This document shows positions 28,701 to 36,568 of a stretch of 52,383 bases of DNA, piece after piece (within the stretch, counting starts at the first letter, position 1; each line of letters starts with the position of its first letter). Both the position numbers and the translations under genes were made by a program. This stretch comes from a virus (taxonomy: Duplodnaviria > Caudoviricetes). Under the pieces are notes generated by a model. It did not search any database. It saw only the letters and a program-made list of their open reading frames with translations, and was not told where the DNA came from. The DNA is taken from positions 1-52,383 of the IMG/VR virus record IMGVR_UViG_3300033145_003438. One strand, 5' to 3'.

Positions 28701-31217
28701 AAATACGGTCTTGCTACAGGTTCGAGCGATGTTAGAACCCACTGGCGCGGATGGATGGCAGCAAGGAAGGGATCTGCCCTTGATTACAACACCGAGTACA
28801 TTGAAGCCGAATTTATGGCCATATCTCAGCAGATGGCCCAGTTGGAGGCCGTTGCCACCCTGAAACGGATCAAGGACGAAGCGGATGTTTATTCTCAGAT
28901 AAAGTCCCATGCCAAGGCCGCGAACTTCAATAATTTTTACAAGAAACTTAAAGATGCTTTCGGGCATGATGTTAAAGACACCGACGATGATCCTTTAAAG
29001 CCATTCAGGGCCAAGATCGCCATGTCCAACATGAAGCTGGCAGAGATGGCCGCGAATGGGAAATTACATTACGATAGCGAATGGCAAGAGATTGTAGATG
29101 CTTTGAACAATTCTTATTCGTTCTGGAAAGAGAATAAAGACGACATCCCCGATATACCAACTCCGGGTGTAGATGATCCGCGTTGGTTTCACTTTTTGTC
29201 TCATCTACTCAATACACAAGCACCGGGGGCAAACTGGGCCGCTACCATATTCAAAAGTATCAAAGGCCGAGATACGACCATTCAGAGCACCCTTGGCGGT
29301 GATTTCCTGACCTACCGCAATTTAATCCCCAAGGGATACAAACAGTGGAAACCAGACCCCGGCAAAGGATGGTTCTGGGCCAATACGGTTGCCGATAACG
29401 CCCTTCAAAGAATGATCGACGGTGAACTGAACCCGAAAGATGTTGAATTCCGGAAGATCATCGCAAAGGGCAGGGATCTAATATGGATCATCCCCGAGGG
29501 GCTTGCCGACACTCTGGATAAATTCATTGATTATGGGGATCCTTCACATATCGGGAAAGTGGCGGATAAAGCTCTTTCTATGTGGAAACAGTGGATCCTG
29601 TTAAATCCCTTCTCCGTGGTTCGATACAACCTTAATAATATGTCTGGTGACCTCGATGCGGTTCTGGCCTATGCACCCGGAATAGCCGGGAAGAAATACG
29701 CACATCAGGCCATGAAGGACCTCTGGAAGTGGCACAGAAGAAAGAATCTGCCGGCCAACGTGCAGAAAGAAATTGATGAAGCCCGGAAACTGGGAGTGAT
29801 CGGATCCGGCTTTTCCGTACAGGAAGTGGACGATGCCCTGAAAATTCTTTCCATGGATAAGATCGTTCGGGATGTCATTCTCGACGAAAAGCCCAACTGG
29901 TTTAACCCGAAGACCTACGGAGAAAAATACTGGAAATATGTTCAAATGTTTACGGCCCTGAGAGAGAACGTCCTCCGGTTGGCAGCCTACAGGTGGTTCC
30001 TCGAAAATAACAATAAACAGCTTTATGGTGCATCCAAACCGGAAGAGATCGATGCAATAACAGATCCCCACGAAAAGGCCGCGAAACTGGCCCGAGAACT
30101 CTTGGGGGATTACGGCAACCTTTCAAAGACCGGCGAGTGGGTCCGGAAGAGACTCATACCTTTCTATTCCTGGCTTGAAATCAATACCCCCCGATATGTC
30201 TATCTGATGCGAAACTCGAAATATGAGAACAGAAAAGCGGCATCTGCTACCGGTAAAATGGCAATGGTGGGTGGTAAAAAGGTTATCATGTCCTCTGCAA
30301 GTTTGGCTTTAAGGGCATCGATGCTCTATGGCGCCGTAATGCTTTGGAACATGACCATGTTTCCAGACGAAGAAAGGGAATTGGGCGAAACCGGCAGAAA
30401 TCAGCTTCACATCATTTTGGGAAGACGGGAGGACGGCTCAATCATTTCCATACGATTTCAAGGCGCTCTTTCGGATGCGCTTTCATGGTTCGGCATGGAA
30501 GATTGGCCTTATGATGTCAAAGACCTGATTGAAGGCAAAAAGACTATTCTTGATAAGTTGAAAGAAGCCGGCAAGGGCGTGTTTAATCGTACAATTCATG
30601 GACTCAGGCCAGAAATTAAAATGTTTGCCGAGCAGATCAGCGGGAAGAGTTACTATCCAGATGCTACCAGAGGGCTTCCGATCCGTGATCGCCTCGAACA
30701 CGCCATGAAGACTTTCAAGCTGGACCAGCTTACCGGATATAGGGCGGTGATCGGACGTCCGGGACGGGGAAAGAATCCCGATGCTCCAAGAGCGGTACAG
30801 GTCATGCAACACCTTGTCAACGATCTGCAGAGAATACTTGTCTATTATGCGGATCCCGGGATGCTGGCCTATTATGACACACGCGGGATGGTTTTCGATT
30901 GGTTGGCCAAAGAGGGTGACGAAAAGCGGTACGGTGGCAGACCCACGAGCAAGGCCAATTCATTTTATTGGTATAAACAAGCCATGAAATTTGGGGACCT
31001 TGAAGCAGCCCATCGATATTTAACAAAATACTACGAAAAGGGTGGAACGGAAAGATCAAAAATTACTTCAATCCGAAACGCACACCCCTTATCCAGTATT
31101 CCGAAGATGAGAAGAAAGGCCTTCCGGGATTCCCTGAAGCCGGACCAGGATGAAGTCTTAAAAAGAGCCCTTAAATGGTACAAAAAAACATATTTAGAAA
31201 AGGAAGGTGAGAAATGA
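19704..31217 (+). CDS. Giant polyvalent internal virion protein (2H phosphoesterase, zincin HExxH domains, LPD5/LPD1-like, EEIQSDW domain)
   Basis: HITV/HATI 2H motifs; HELTH, HEWGH and HEAFGH; FGETIGG and FGFRGGEFG..AFGARG; SHW..AHVRF..FIEEIQSDW. Confidence 0.85.
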   Translation: MPLSTIEQWNQDPEFSQLPYQQKRQVIDNYFDSRLADDEYFSLSYDDQDKIKHNFYEKEVGPVPIERTPLVPTVQEEEKGFFGRIGEKWKTGEAQTELGILRSRQLMGEDTPEIRERIAKVKKDMPQGEEEKRNLFERAIGAAAEMLPIQVEGMKQGAKRGIALGTGFGTIAGIAGQAGPQVATPEEIITVPAAFAGGFGVGMVSGTLENIGKIEAGLAYDELLDLKDENGNKIDPKIAKAAAASVGVVNGLIEMSQIGLLLKTIPGGKAILTGAIRKTITEAVKKGTLKQVALRAGIKYGVFVTAETGQEVLQESTNILMAEVAKKVDRNLGNSNIAPATRQEIISRLVETAEQSALAFMAMGAPGTVVTTGMDVRAARKDARNELLDPGEEGADAREILTGEKPVSPDIEAVDTLDAEEQARQFDEDELDRVQSQETQTKKPKIEKPKAPWIARLTDAQLTQRIENLENNKRVGRLNDTQASVLERLHTETENRGIKSASDSAGVFFKEEIEEEKKENSAKAKEIFEQPTELSGKSAQESAQAILVEEEISKNQTARDEAKKDNNLKYIAKTLKIDNIDNASNEELLRAKMQLKHQGRDDLVRSIDNEFDSRRSAKTEEREKKQAESEKQSPPEIDIKTPKKEEQKYTTLGGAIRNMGGIKTGGLKTDILYQNDAAQKGKLINEKSGLEIEKMQSQLVDAGWMLPSEDLTQILSENPDRLREGMLDGEAKTKWQKERSAEKQAQEDEIPEPTKDEMEADPSLAAAFPELAQQYGIKTSPAEKPEDLDISFDFGANTDSGTTSADMAGVATTDTKDDDGAHEYSSTQVNIPESEAKEIKEFSSQIPDSELADDGREDTPHITVKYGLHTNDLRKAQPLIKGVGPIKAKLGKVSIFENDDEDVVMVEIDSPELHALNKKIADGLEHTDTHPDYKPHATIAYVKKGEGKKYGGDDRFEGKEITLNSLVFSGKDGRETKYNFKKKPKSAKKPTVTSEKGPGKTPTTKTSQSPKGGDNLEVLYQHDTKLFIDDDGKEYRADDASDSLSLLSDKEFVEITGYSKNDFRRMGGAIYFIPKDKPGINSIHHISGEIILSDDLKNNKSTLQKTLIHELTHWGQIQKNEAPEAYYVNPEESISGFMDYFSDPAEVKARFNADGRSDEEYNAFIKDLNWAKSTDSGKIKAPDIGEIRIETRKKWRMPLSYIKQEIKAAQRKNDYRNIAPRKLQNDIDEIEGIVGHETSDALTKKDDLHEQLETIYNRDPISDSDISNINEFYFETKRKWNLRRLGSADRKLRNDEIEYYEIPVMRVEVLGKKNPQTGKRGRINPIITEGILRDKTGIKGIAVGPNEINIDLNASNVKNIYKLNKKTKKFFLPNPTISPEKVSKDATPASKPTVKTKELSPSVVSIQGATQPKPSRKKKEDTLKFGETIGGSKYDKAQERLSLSSITDMNERERHKNIVKRNIWPKPDYVKMVESGHSPENMYLIKKVIDSIPVRPEKVEDQELFIQEVGRIRDIVEQIKPGNDIQGLFGKIFTEEYHSRSGYSKGWTEKGGPVAHMLKPKFLKAVQISNYDMLTAKRKVEKTGFPAKQEAWKQGIEIVERGFGDNATWSIFRRKGGRMVEVLGKGFKTKEEAQNHLTDVLQPKLKASMKGKGRFKKPMLDHITRTGTDYRDGKDITTDDILETFGFRGGEFGKWLNEKNQQESLNHAYDAFMDLANILDIPPMAISLNGTLGIAFGARGSGGAAAHYEGDKVVINLTKLSGAGSLAHEWGHAFDDYFGKMAKSPQSGKYMITPLSAGKTGKESTVRPEMLNAWLNVRGRIAKRDETKKEAIARVEKEIKKSKRYTKSWLDGIRTELERDDTAYSKKKRAATESELKSWDKLTEEILAGKHKPVLDENVRSKYTMPAVNDFYKGVKGVLPASDTRTSLSANINSLQRNVEHLAEIKSDKAKPRQITTNFKGKAKELGNVEYWGNPHELFARALESYVDDQIREQPNKSQYLVHSTQNSLYGEDISPYPMGVERVAINKAFDGLFDVLESKETDRGVALFYKRRNPQKYSVLSKKKLEAAITGISGAWENAPDIVVLQKQNELPEKIQKMADGDIVDGAHYQGKIFLVAENMKDTNYVVEVLLHEAFGHYGIRGVLGKNLAPVLRDVYIAKRKEVQEIAQEYGFDLSEESGRALAADEWLAREAQKNPESKWIDRVISAIRAFVRKFYPKFKMTDKDIRKILADAKSYVTKGKRKSHKSRIPSFSKDKKADKWHSQMANFLNMKLTNGPAKQIKSNLQAWAKKGLIKQEELEWSGLLDWLDSKSKVNTWNAVADKDRFTIELREDGRYYLYDTDLGPDNTAAMPDYEKFEDAIASAEDVVDTRRNKTIKLNFKPNKPGKVKKIDTLNYLKDNNVTLQEVLKDSELWVVWDGEEETYFETHQEALDYGQEIGAPPEDIFYKESKMSDATKFSQYTLPGGKNYKELLLTLPANSKPQTNALNDFIRRMENKYVGTERHWRVAMNDQEADEFESLAEAERLGFSTDSQEYKSSHWQEPNVLAHVRFNERTDADGNKVLFIEEIQSDWASEGRKKGFRGKFRGQGFTKSKAVSDALKRSNMVPNAPFVGSTQKYVMLAVKRMVRHAAENGFDKIAWTTGQIQSDRYDLSKQLESITYAPDSKKGFPGILRAYPLSPNEAPIIKRISDENELAVVIGKGLAEKIIDGDRDIRGKDLKVDSPGMRGFYDKIIPAAVNKFFNKAAWGKAKVETIKIQTEIGSEGFEIPQRVEDVWSLPLTPKMKQKALREGMPLFKKRDRTTKKSDTGSGILPAEVEQRMEASRGVPKTTLKEKVKEQIVEIRRQRQHFPKLKTIEDKNLRHRLADILRRHQEVPESVKQQTIKFLSSFTQDLSKQDYEAFRMHIILADMKRDIDKGLLDEKSKLPFGFSSIDDVEKAFKGYQELANNNPKIKKALKKRNDKVNEIKQKLVDAKLLKKEVMEDEDYFHHQVLMFWDDKYGLATGSSDVRTHWRGWMAARKGSALDYNTEYIEAEFMAISQQMAQLEAVATLKRIKDEADVYSQIKSHAKAANFNNFYKKLKDAFGHDVKDTDDDPLKPFRAKIAMSNMKLAEMAANGKLHYDSEWQEIVDALNNSYSFWKENKDDIPDIPTPGVDDPRWFHFLSHLLNTQAPGANWAATIFKSIKGRDTTIQSTLGGDFLTYRNLIPKGYKQWKPDPGKGWFWANTVADNALQRMIDGELNPKDVEFRKIIAKGRDLIWIIPEGLADTLDKFIDYGDPSHIGKVADKALSMWKQWILLNPFSVVRYNLNNMSGDLDAVLAYAPGIAGKKYAHQAMKDLWKWHRRKNLPANVQKEIDEARKLGVIGSGFSVQEVDDALKILSMDKIVRDVILDEKPNWFNPKTYGEKYWKYVQMFTALRENVLRLAAYRWFLENNNKQLYGASKPEEIDAITDPHEKAAKLARELLGDYGNLSKTGEWVRKRLIPFYSWLEINTPRYVYLMRNSKYENRKAASATGKMAMVGGKKVIMSSASLALRASMLYGAVMLWNMTMFPDEERELGETGRNQLHIILGRREDGSIISIRFQGALSDALSWFGMEDWPYDVKDLIEGKKTILDKLKEAGKGVFNRTIHGLRPEIKMFAEQISGKSYYPDATRGLPIRDRLEHAMKTFKLDQLTGYRAVIGRPGRGKNPDAPRAVQVMQHLVNDLQRILVYYADPGMLAYYDTRGMVFDWLAKEGDEKRYGGRPTSKANSFYWYKQAMKFGDLEAAHRYLTKYYEKGGTERSKITSIRNAHPLSSIPKMRRKAFRDSLKPDQDEVLKRALKWYKKTYLEKEGEK

Positions 31218-31621
31218 AGAATGCATTAATCTTATTAGCGTTGTTTCTTGTGGTCCTGGTGACCATCGGAGCGGTGTCCACGAACCTTGAAGTGACTTGG
31301 GATAAAAGAGGCCAGAATTACGCCATTCAGCAGAGTACACACATTGATGCGCGGGTACTTGCAGCTGGTGTGGCCGAGTCTCATACCGTGCCTGCCAATG
31401 CTATCTATGTTGTCTTTTCAGCCCAGGACGGCGGGGGGGATGCTTGCAGCTTTTATGCAAATTTCTCAGGAACGGCGGCTGAACCCTCAGCGGATATTAC
31501 GGACGGATCCGGAAGCGAATTGAATCCAGCTGTCCGGGCTCTCGAAGGGGCAACGGCTATATCTCTTCTCGCCCCGGAAGCGTGTATCCTAACATTGGCA
31601 TTCTATAAAAGTGGTGTTTAA
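31214..31621 (+). CDS. Signal-peptide protein, beta-sandwich
   Basis: MKNALILLALFLVVLVTIGA N-terminus; ATGA overlap with the giant gene. Confidence 0.7.
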   Translation: MKNALILLALFLVVLVTIGAVSTNLEVTWDKRGQNYAIQQSTHIDARVLAAGVAESHTVPANAIYVVFSAQDGGGDACSFYANFSGTAAEPSADITDGSGSELNPAVRALEGATAISLLAPEACILTLAFYKSGV

Positions 31622-31641
31622 CGGCAGGAGGAAACCAGATC

Positions 31642-33081
31642 ATGAAAAAAATATTACTTTTAACAATCTTGATTTTGAGTTTTGCGGGCTTTGCAGAGGC
31701 ACAAAATCCGTTTACATTGCCTGCCGGGAGTGGAGGCGGGACAGCCACTGGTGTTGATGCAACCGAGACCATCCAGGGAGACAAAGGAATCGAGCTGATC
31801 CCGAGCGGACCGACTCTGTTTACTGCAAAGGCATTGACCGGCGGTGCGGCCGGTGCCTTGGACTCAATGTCGGTAAGCGATCTTTCTGACAACGATGTTG
31901 CCATCGTTCCGGTTCTCAGCGGGACTACCGTACTTGTCTACCGTTATATCTTCGATGCCGATGGAACGACCGCTGAAAGCTCTCCTACGGTCATTCGACC
32001 GGACGATTATTCATCCGCTGGTGTATGGAGGATAGATATTTTGCCGCCTTCAATGGGTGGATTGGGTATCGATACCTCCGGCCTTACGGGACTGGGCTGG
32101 GTAGGAAATCCTGCGGGTGATTGGAATGTGTTCGGTACGGCTTGGCGGTCAATCTACCTTGACGCCTCATCTAATATTCAGGGAATAACCCTTGGTGCAG
32201 CAAACACATTCCTTGGGTCCGATGGAGCCAGCACAGCACCAAGCTATCAGGCACTTGCGGATGCGGATATCCCTGATACCATAACGATTGCCGGCGGTGC
32301 GGATATTGCTGTCGCCGATGGTGGATCTGGATCGAGTACGGCAGCAGGTGCGAGGTCAAACTTGGGTGCAGGGCAGGAATGGATAGAAGACCCTGAAACA
32401 ACCGATGCTGACCCGGACACTATAACGATAGTCGATGGTGAAAAGATACTGTTACTCTTGACTGCACACCAGGCCGATGTGGACATAACCTTTGCAGAGA
32501 CTAATGCTACGCACATGGATGAAGTTCTGGTCTGTAATGTTAGTTCTGATTCATTGGCGTTTGCAGATAGTGCAGCGGTTTTTGAAACCTCTACTCCTAT
32601 CACGCTTGCACAGGATGAGTGCTTTAGAATGGTGTATAGGACGGATAGGTATGTTGTGACTTCGAGAGATACCAAGGCGGCCTCTTTTGCATCTCTTGAC
32701 ATTTCAGGTGGTCCATTCACCTCTGACATGCAGATGATCGTGCCAGATTCCAAAACCTATACGGGTGTGGATGAGAATCAGACCGTAGGCATAGGTGATG
32801 ATATTGAGAGCTCTGTTGTCCTCGTAACCGCTGTCGATGACAATGGGGATGAATCAATCGACTTACAGGACGGGACTGAAACTGGTATTATGGTAACCTT
32901 TATTGTGATAGCAAATGTAGATGTCACTGACGATGCTTTTATCATAGATGCTGAAACCGATTCAACTTGCACGGGATGTCCTGATGCTGGAATATTCACA
33001 CTTGAAACTGAGGGCAGTTCTGTGACGCTTTATTGGACAGGATCATTTTGGCATTACTGTGGCTCAACGGTAGGTGAATAA
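31642..33081 (+). CDS. Tail-fibre-like protein with Sec signal peptide
   Basis: MKKILLLTILILSFAGFAEA; fibre-type motif VADGGSGSSTAAGARSNLG. Confidence 0.65.
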   Translation: MKKILLLTILILSFAGFAEAQNPFTLPAGSGGGTATGVDATETIQGDKGIELIPSGPTLFTAKALTGGAAGALDSMSVSDLSDNDVAIVPVLSGTTVLVYRYIFDADGTTAESSPTVIRPDDYSSAGVWRIDILPPSMGGLGIDTSGLTGLGWVGNPAGDWNVFGTAWRSIYLDASSNIQGITLGAANTFLGSDGASTAPSYQALADADIPDTITIAGGADIAVADGGSGSSTAAGARSNLGAGQEWIEDPETTDADPDTITIVDGEKILLLLTAHQADVDITFAETNATHMDEVLVCNVSSDSLAFADSAAVFETSTPITLAQDECFRMVYRTDRYVVTSRDTKAASFASLDISGGPFTSDMQMIVPDSKTYTGVDENQTVGIGDDIESSVVLVTAVDDNGDESIDLQDGTETGIMVTFIVIANVDVTDDAFIIDAETDSTCTGCPDAGIFTLETEGSSVTLYWTGSFWHYCGSTVGE

Positions 33082-33884
33082 TGAAAAAACATAACAATCC
33101 TAACAAGTGGTTATCTTTATGGATTCTTGGGGTGATGCTGCTTACCTTTGCCTTGGGTTTGTTGACAGGTATAGCTCACGCAGAAGACGATTTACTCCTT
33201 GCCAATATGATGATGGGGGCGAATCAGCCGGCAGCGGGTGCAGATCCCTGCGCTGCAACTGCCTGTTCTGCATGTGATGGGCAAGAGCGTTTTGAGTGTG
33301 GGTCAACCGCAGGAGATGATGATTCAGATCAAGAGAATACAGTTACGTATACAAATGGTGGCGCTGCTGTGAATGATGCCTATACCGCAGATGCTCTTGA
33401 AGGCTCTGAGTCGCTACTACTTGATACTGACGATGATGCTAAGATAGGCGGTCTTACCGCAACCGATGGCGATCTGTATGTTGCGTGGATTGCTAAGTGT
33501 GGAACCGTTACTGAAGCGGTATCGTTAGTCAGGTTAGAAGAAACTGACGGAACTGACATCGTAAGGGGTTATATTGGCGAAGCATCCGGTGATTGGGGAA
33601 ACTCAAGGTTTTATTATGATGCTACCAACGATTATTCAGCGGTTCCTATGGATGGGGATGCTCCTGTCTATATGAAGTTGAAATATAACAATAGTTCCGG
33701 TGCATCAGACGGAGTGATTCAGTTTTGGTTTTCAAGCAACGGTGCAAATGGCAACTGGACATTGCAGCATGACATATCTGGTGTAGCTAATACAAACCAA
33801 GCCGGGCAAATATCGCTTGAAAGTGACGGTGACGATATAATTTTCGATGATGTTCGATGGGATACTTCTGACATAGACTACTAA
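33081..33884 (+). CDS. Exported acidic Cys-containing protein (lectin/ConA-like fold?)
   Basis: Signal ending IAHA, Cys cluster, DGVIQFW..IFDDV pattern. Confidence 0.6.
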   Translation: MKKHNNPNKWLSLWILGVMLLTFALGLLTGIAHAEDDLLLANMMMGANQPAAGADPCAATACSACDGQERFECGSTAGDDDSDQENTVTYTNGGAAVNDAYTADALEGSESLLLDTDDDAKIGGLTATDGDLYVAWIAKCGTVTEAVSLVRLEETDGTDIVRGYIGEASGDWGNSRFYYDATNDYSAVPMDGDAPVYMKLKYNNSSGASDGVIQFWFSSNGANGNWTLQHDISGVANTNQAGQISLESDGDDIIFDDVRWDTSDIDY

Positions 33885-33892
33885 AAGCTAAA

Positions 33893-35857
33893 ATGAAAAA
33901 ACTTATATTAACGATTTTTATAGTCGTTCTATTTACGAGCCAAGGATTTTCTGCAACTTATTTTATCGACTATGGTGCCGCAAATAATGACGCAAACGGA
34001 ACAACTTCAAGTACGCCCTGGAAGCATTGCCCAGGTGATCCGAGAGCAGACAGTAATGCTGATATTACTTTATCTGCTGCTGATGTAGTTGTATTCAAGG
34101 GCGGGATAACTTATGAGTTTGCTGATGGGGATGCAGATAGCCATATACCTGTGAATGCTTCGGGGTCAGAAGGGAATATAATTTATTTGCGGTCTGGTCA
34201 CTTACATGCTCCGGTATATGGTTCGGGCAGGGCGATCATAGACGGAACAAATGCGAATCTAAACTATGCGAGTAATCGAACAGGTGTAATTTATATGGGA
34301 ACTCGCAGTTATGTCACAATTGAAGGTTTGCAAATACAGCATGCCCCGTGGGTAGCTTATACGGGCTTGATCGGCTGGTTTGGCTCAAGTGGGAGTAATA
34401 TAGTCATTGATGATGTTGTTTTGCTATCCGACATTTCGCCCCCAAACGACTTGACAAGTGCATGGGCGGGAATAGTAATTCAGGGTGAATGGACAGGCGT
34501 GACACCTGCAACATTTACAATATCGGATAGTGAAATTTACGACATCGGTGGACACGGTATTTTTCTCAGGGCAGGCATGACAGGGGTTACAATATCTAAT
34601 AATGTTATTCATGATTGTGGCCCAAATCCAAGTCCATATCAAGGAGATGGTTTTTTTACTGAAAATGGAGGAGCCGGGGGCGATCCTACCAATATCACTA
34701 TTACTGGAAACGATTTTTATGACTTTGCCGAAAAGGGGTGTGGTTTAGTGGGTGGTGGCACCACAATCTTAATCGAGAAAAACTATTGCTATGACGATGA
34801 TGGAACGAATGGGTTTGGGTTTACGATTAGAAATGGCGACAACATCACGATGCGTAACAACTTGATTGTATTTGATAACGAAGGCAAATGGGAGGGGTTA
34901 TTTAGAATAAAATTGCAGAACTCTTTTGGTACAACTACCAATGTTTATTACTACAACAACACGTTGATAGGCTTATCGGCAGACTACGGATTTTACTTGA
35001 CCAAGGGAGATTCGACCCTAACTAATGTTTATCTATCCAACAACGTCCACGACTTTAATTCTGTCGGTACGCCAAAAGATTATATTTTAGTAGACACAAT
35101 ATCAGGTACGTTTGAGTCTAATTATAATATATTCTACGGTGGTGACGCTTTGCCTTATTCACACAATGGCACATCCAAAAATTTAGCGGATTGGCGTACT
35201 GCGATAAGTGATGAAGCGAACTCATCAGAAGAAGATCCTGGCCTTGATGGGAGCTACAAACCGGATAATATCAGCGATGCTGTTGTGGGTGCCGGGGAGA
35301 ACAATGGCGTGGTGGATGATAAAGATGGAAACAGTAGGCCACAAGGCATTGGTTTTGACGTTGGAGCTTACGAGTTTTTAATAACAGAATCAATCGCAAT
35401 CACAGGTACAATGGTTGACGGAGGGGTTGACGAGGGTGATTTAACGGGCGAGAAATTTGTTCTGACAGCCTCCGGCGATGAGTTTGTAGAAACTCTCTGT
35501 GACGATAACCAGATAACCACAGACTTTTTAGCAGGTATTGATGCAGAAGCATCATGGGATTTCAACGAAGCGGCTGGATTTGTAGCGGAGGTTACGCTTG
35601 TTCACGGAAATTGCACAAGAGACAGTGCAGCACAAGTTACCGTAGAAATTGCTGCTGGAGTCGTAAATATTACTCAAACCCAAACAGGCACTTGGACCGT
35701 CCCTGCATCAAGTATGGTAAGCGCAACACAGATCGTGGCAACCCCTACAATACCCATATCCGTGGTCGTGGCAGACACGACAACAGGGCAGGTGGGAACG
35801 TATAGTGCTGATGGTGCCGTGGGAACATATAGCTCGGATGGGCATGTGGGACAGTAG
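33893..35857 (+). CDS. Exported right-handed beta-helix protein (tailspike/depolymerase-like)
   Basis: Signal peptide; ATYFID..D.NGT..PWK, VTISNNVIHD/ITITGNDFYD repeats, DKDGNSRPQG..DVGAYE. Confidence 0.78.
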   Translation: MKKLILTIFIVVLFTSQGFSATYFIDYGAANNDANGTTSSTPWKHCPGDPRADSNADITLSAADVVVFKGGITYEFADGDADSHIPVNASGSEGNIIYLRSGHLHAPVYGSGRAIIDGTNANLNYASNRTGVIYMGTRSYVTIEGLQIQHAPWVAYTGLIGWFGSSGSNIVIDDVVLLSDISPPNDLTSAWAGIVIQGEWTGVTPATFTISDSEIYDIGGHGIFLRAGMTGVTISNNVIHDCGPNPSPYQGDGFFTENGGAGGDPTNITITGNDFYDFAEKGCGLVGGGTTILIEKNYCYDDDGTNGFGFTIRNGDNITMRNNLIVFDNEGKWEGLFRIKLQNSFGTTTNVYYYNNTLIGLSADYGFYLTKGDSTLTNVYLSNNVHDFNSVGTPKDYILVDTISGTFESNYNIFYGGDALPYSHNGTSKNLADWRTAISDEANSSEEDPGLDGSYKPDNISDAVVGAGENNGVVDDKDGNSRPQGIGFDVGAYEFLITESIAITGTMVDGGVDEGDLTGEKFVLTASGDEFVETLCDDNQITTDFLAGIDAEASWDFNEAAGFVAEVTLVHGNCTRDSAAQVTVEIAAGVVNITQTQTGTWTVPASSMVSATQIVATPTIPISVVVADTTTGQVGTYSADGAVGTYSSDGHVGQ

Positions 35858-35886
35858 CCTCTCACGGAAGGCCCTAATACAATGTG

Positions 35887-36189
35887 TCACTTAAACAGAT
35901 TTTCAGTATTGTCATTCTCGATACCATAGTCGATCTGAGCGGTTATGCAATCAAGCAGGGCCAATAAAGCCTTTTCTTTTGTATCGCCCTGGGAAACTAT
36001 GTCAAGCGTCGTATATTCAGCAATATAGCAACCCGGTTTTGATTGATAGACCCTCACTGTATTATCCATGGTTTTCACTTTCTCATCCTCTTCGCAAACC
36101 CAACAGCCAAATACATCCATGTCGAGTCCCCAATTTGTTCCACACTTACAACATTCATAGGTTTCTTCCTCGATTAGCCAGACCCGCAA
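35887..36189 (-). CDS. HicB-like partial RNase H fold protein (start may be ATG 36069)
   Basis: YIAEYTTLDIVSQGDTKEKAL motif. Confidence 0.55.
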   Translation of the reverse strand: MRVWLIEEETYECCKCGTNWGLDMDVFGCWVCEEDEKVKTMDNTVRVYQSKPGCYIAEYTTLDIVSQGDTKEKALLALLDCITAQIDYGIENDNTENLFK

Positions 36190-36204
36190 AACATTTGTTA
36201 GTTT

Positions 36205-36384
36205 TTAATCTTCTTCCTTAAACGATATGAGAGAGATTTCCCAGTTTCCGACCTGTAATGATTCCCCCCATTTGGCAACCTGTTTAAGCGTTGTTCCCGG
36301 TGCGTAAACCTTTGTGTGGTTCCGACCGACTCGTTTTACGGCATTTACCAGCTTACAATCTACGATCATCCATTTTTCATCCAT
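36205..36384 (-). CDS. Hypothetical protein (59 aa), not in the ORF track
   Basis: AAGGAG RBS; MDEKWMIVDCKLVNAVKR..FKEED. Confidence 0.55.
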   Translation of the reverse strand: MDEKWMIVDCKLVNAVKRVGRNHTKVYAPGTTLKQVAKWGESLQVGNWEISLISFKEED

Positions 36385-36403
36385 TTTTCATCTCCTTTGT
36401 TGT

Positions 36404-36485
36404 AGGGGCGGGGTGGAATCGAACCACCGATATAGGTTCCCTGAGTTTAAGCATGCCCTATGCGTTACCCCTACGCAACCGCCCC
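36404..36485 (-). tRNA. tRNA-like element with enlarged anticodon loop (identity undetermined)
   Basis: Acceptor GGGGCGG/CCGCCCC, D stem GCGT/ACGC, T arm GGTGG-TTCGATT-CCACC, anticodon stem TAGG/CCTA enclosing 20 nt. Confidence 0.7.
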
Positions 36486-36568
36486 ATATTTTCAAAATCT
36501 CTGTAAACGTACTGTTTTCAATGGTACCCTAATTTTCCGCGAGTCAATTGGTGCGGGCCAGTCCCGTA

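Noticed and set aside
19807-31059. Many short alternative-frame and antisense ORFs within the giant gene
   Set aside because: No convincing RBS or motifs seen; expected shadow ORFs
35791-35854. C-terminal VGTYS.DG. repeat (also DGAPS repeats near 17014)
   Set aside because: Short coding repeats with no evidence of a separate function
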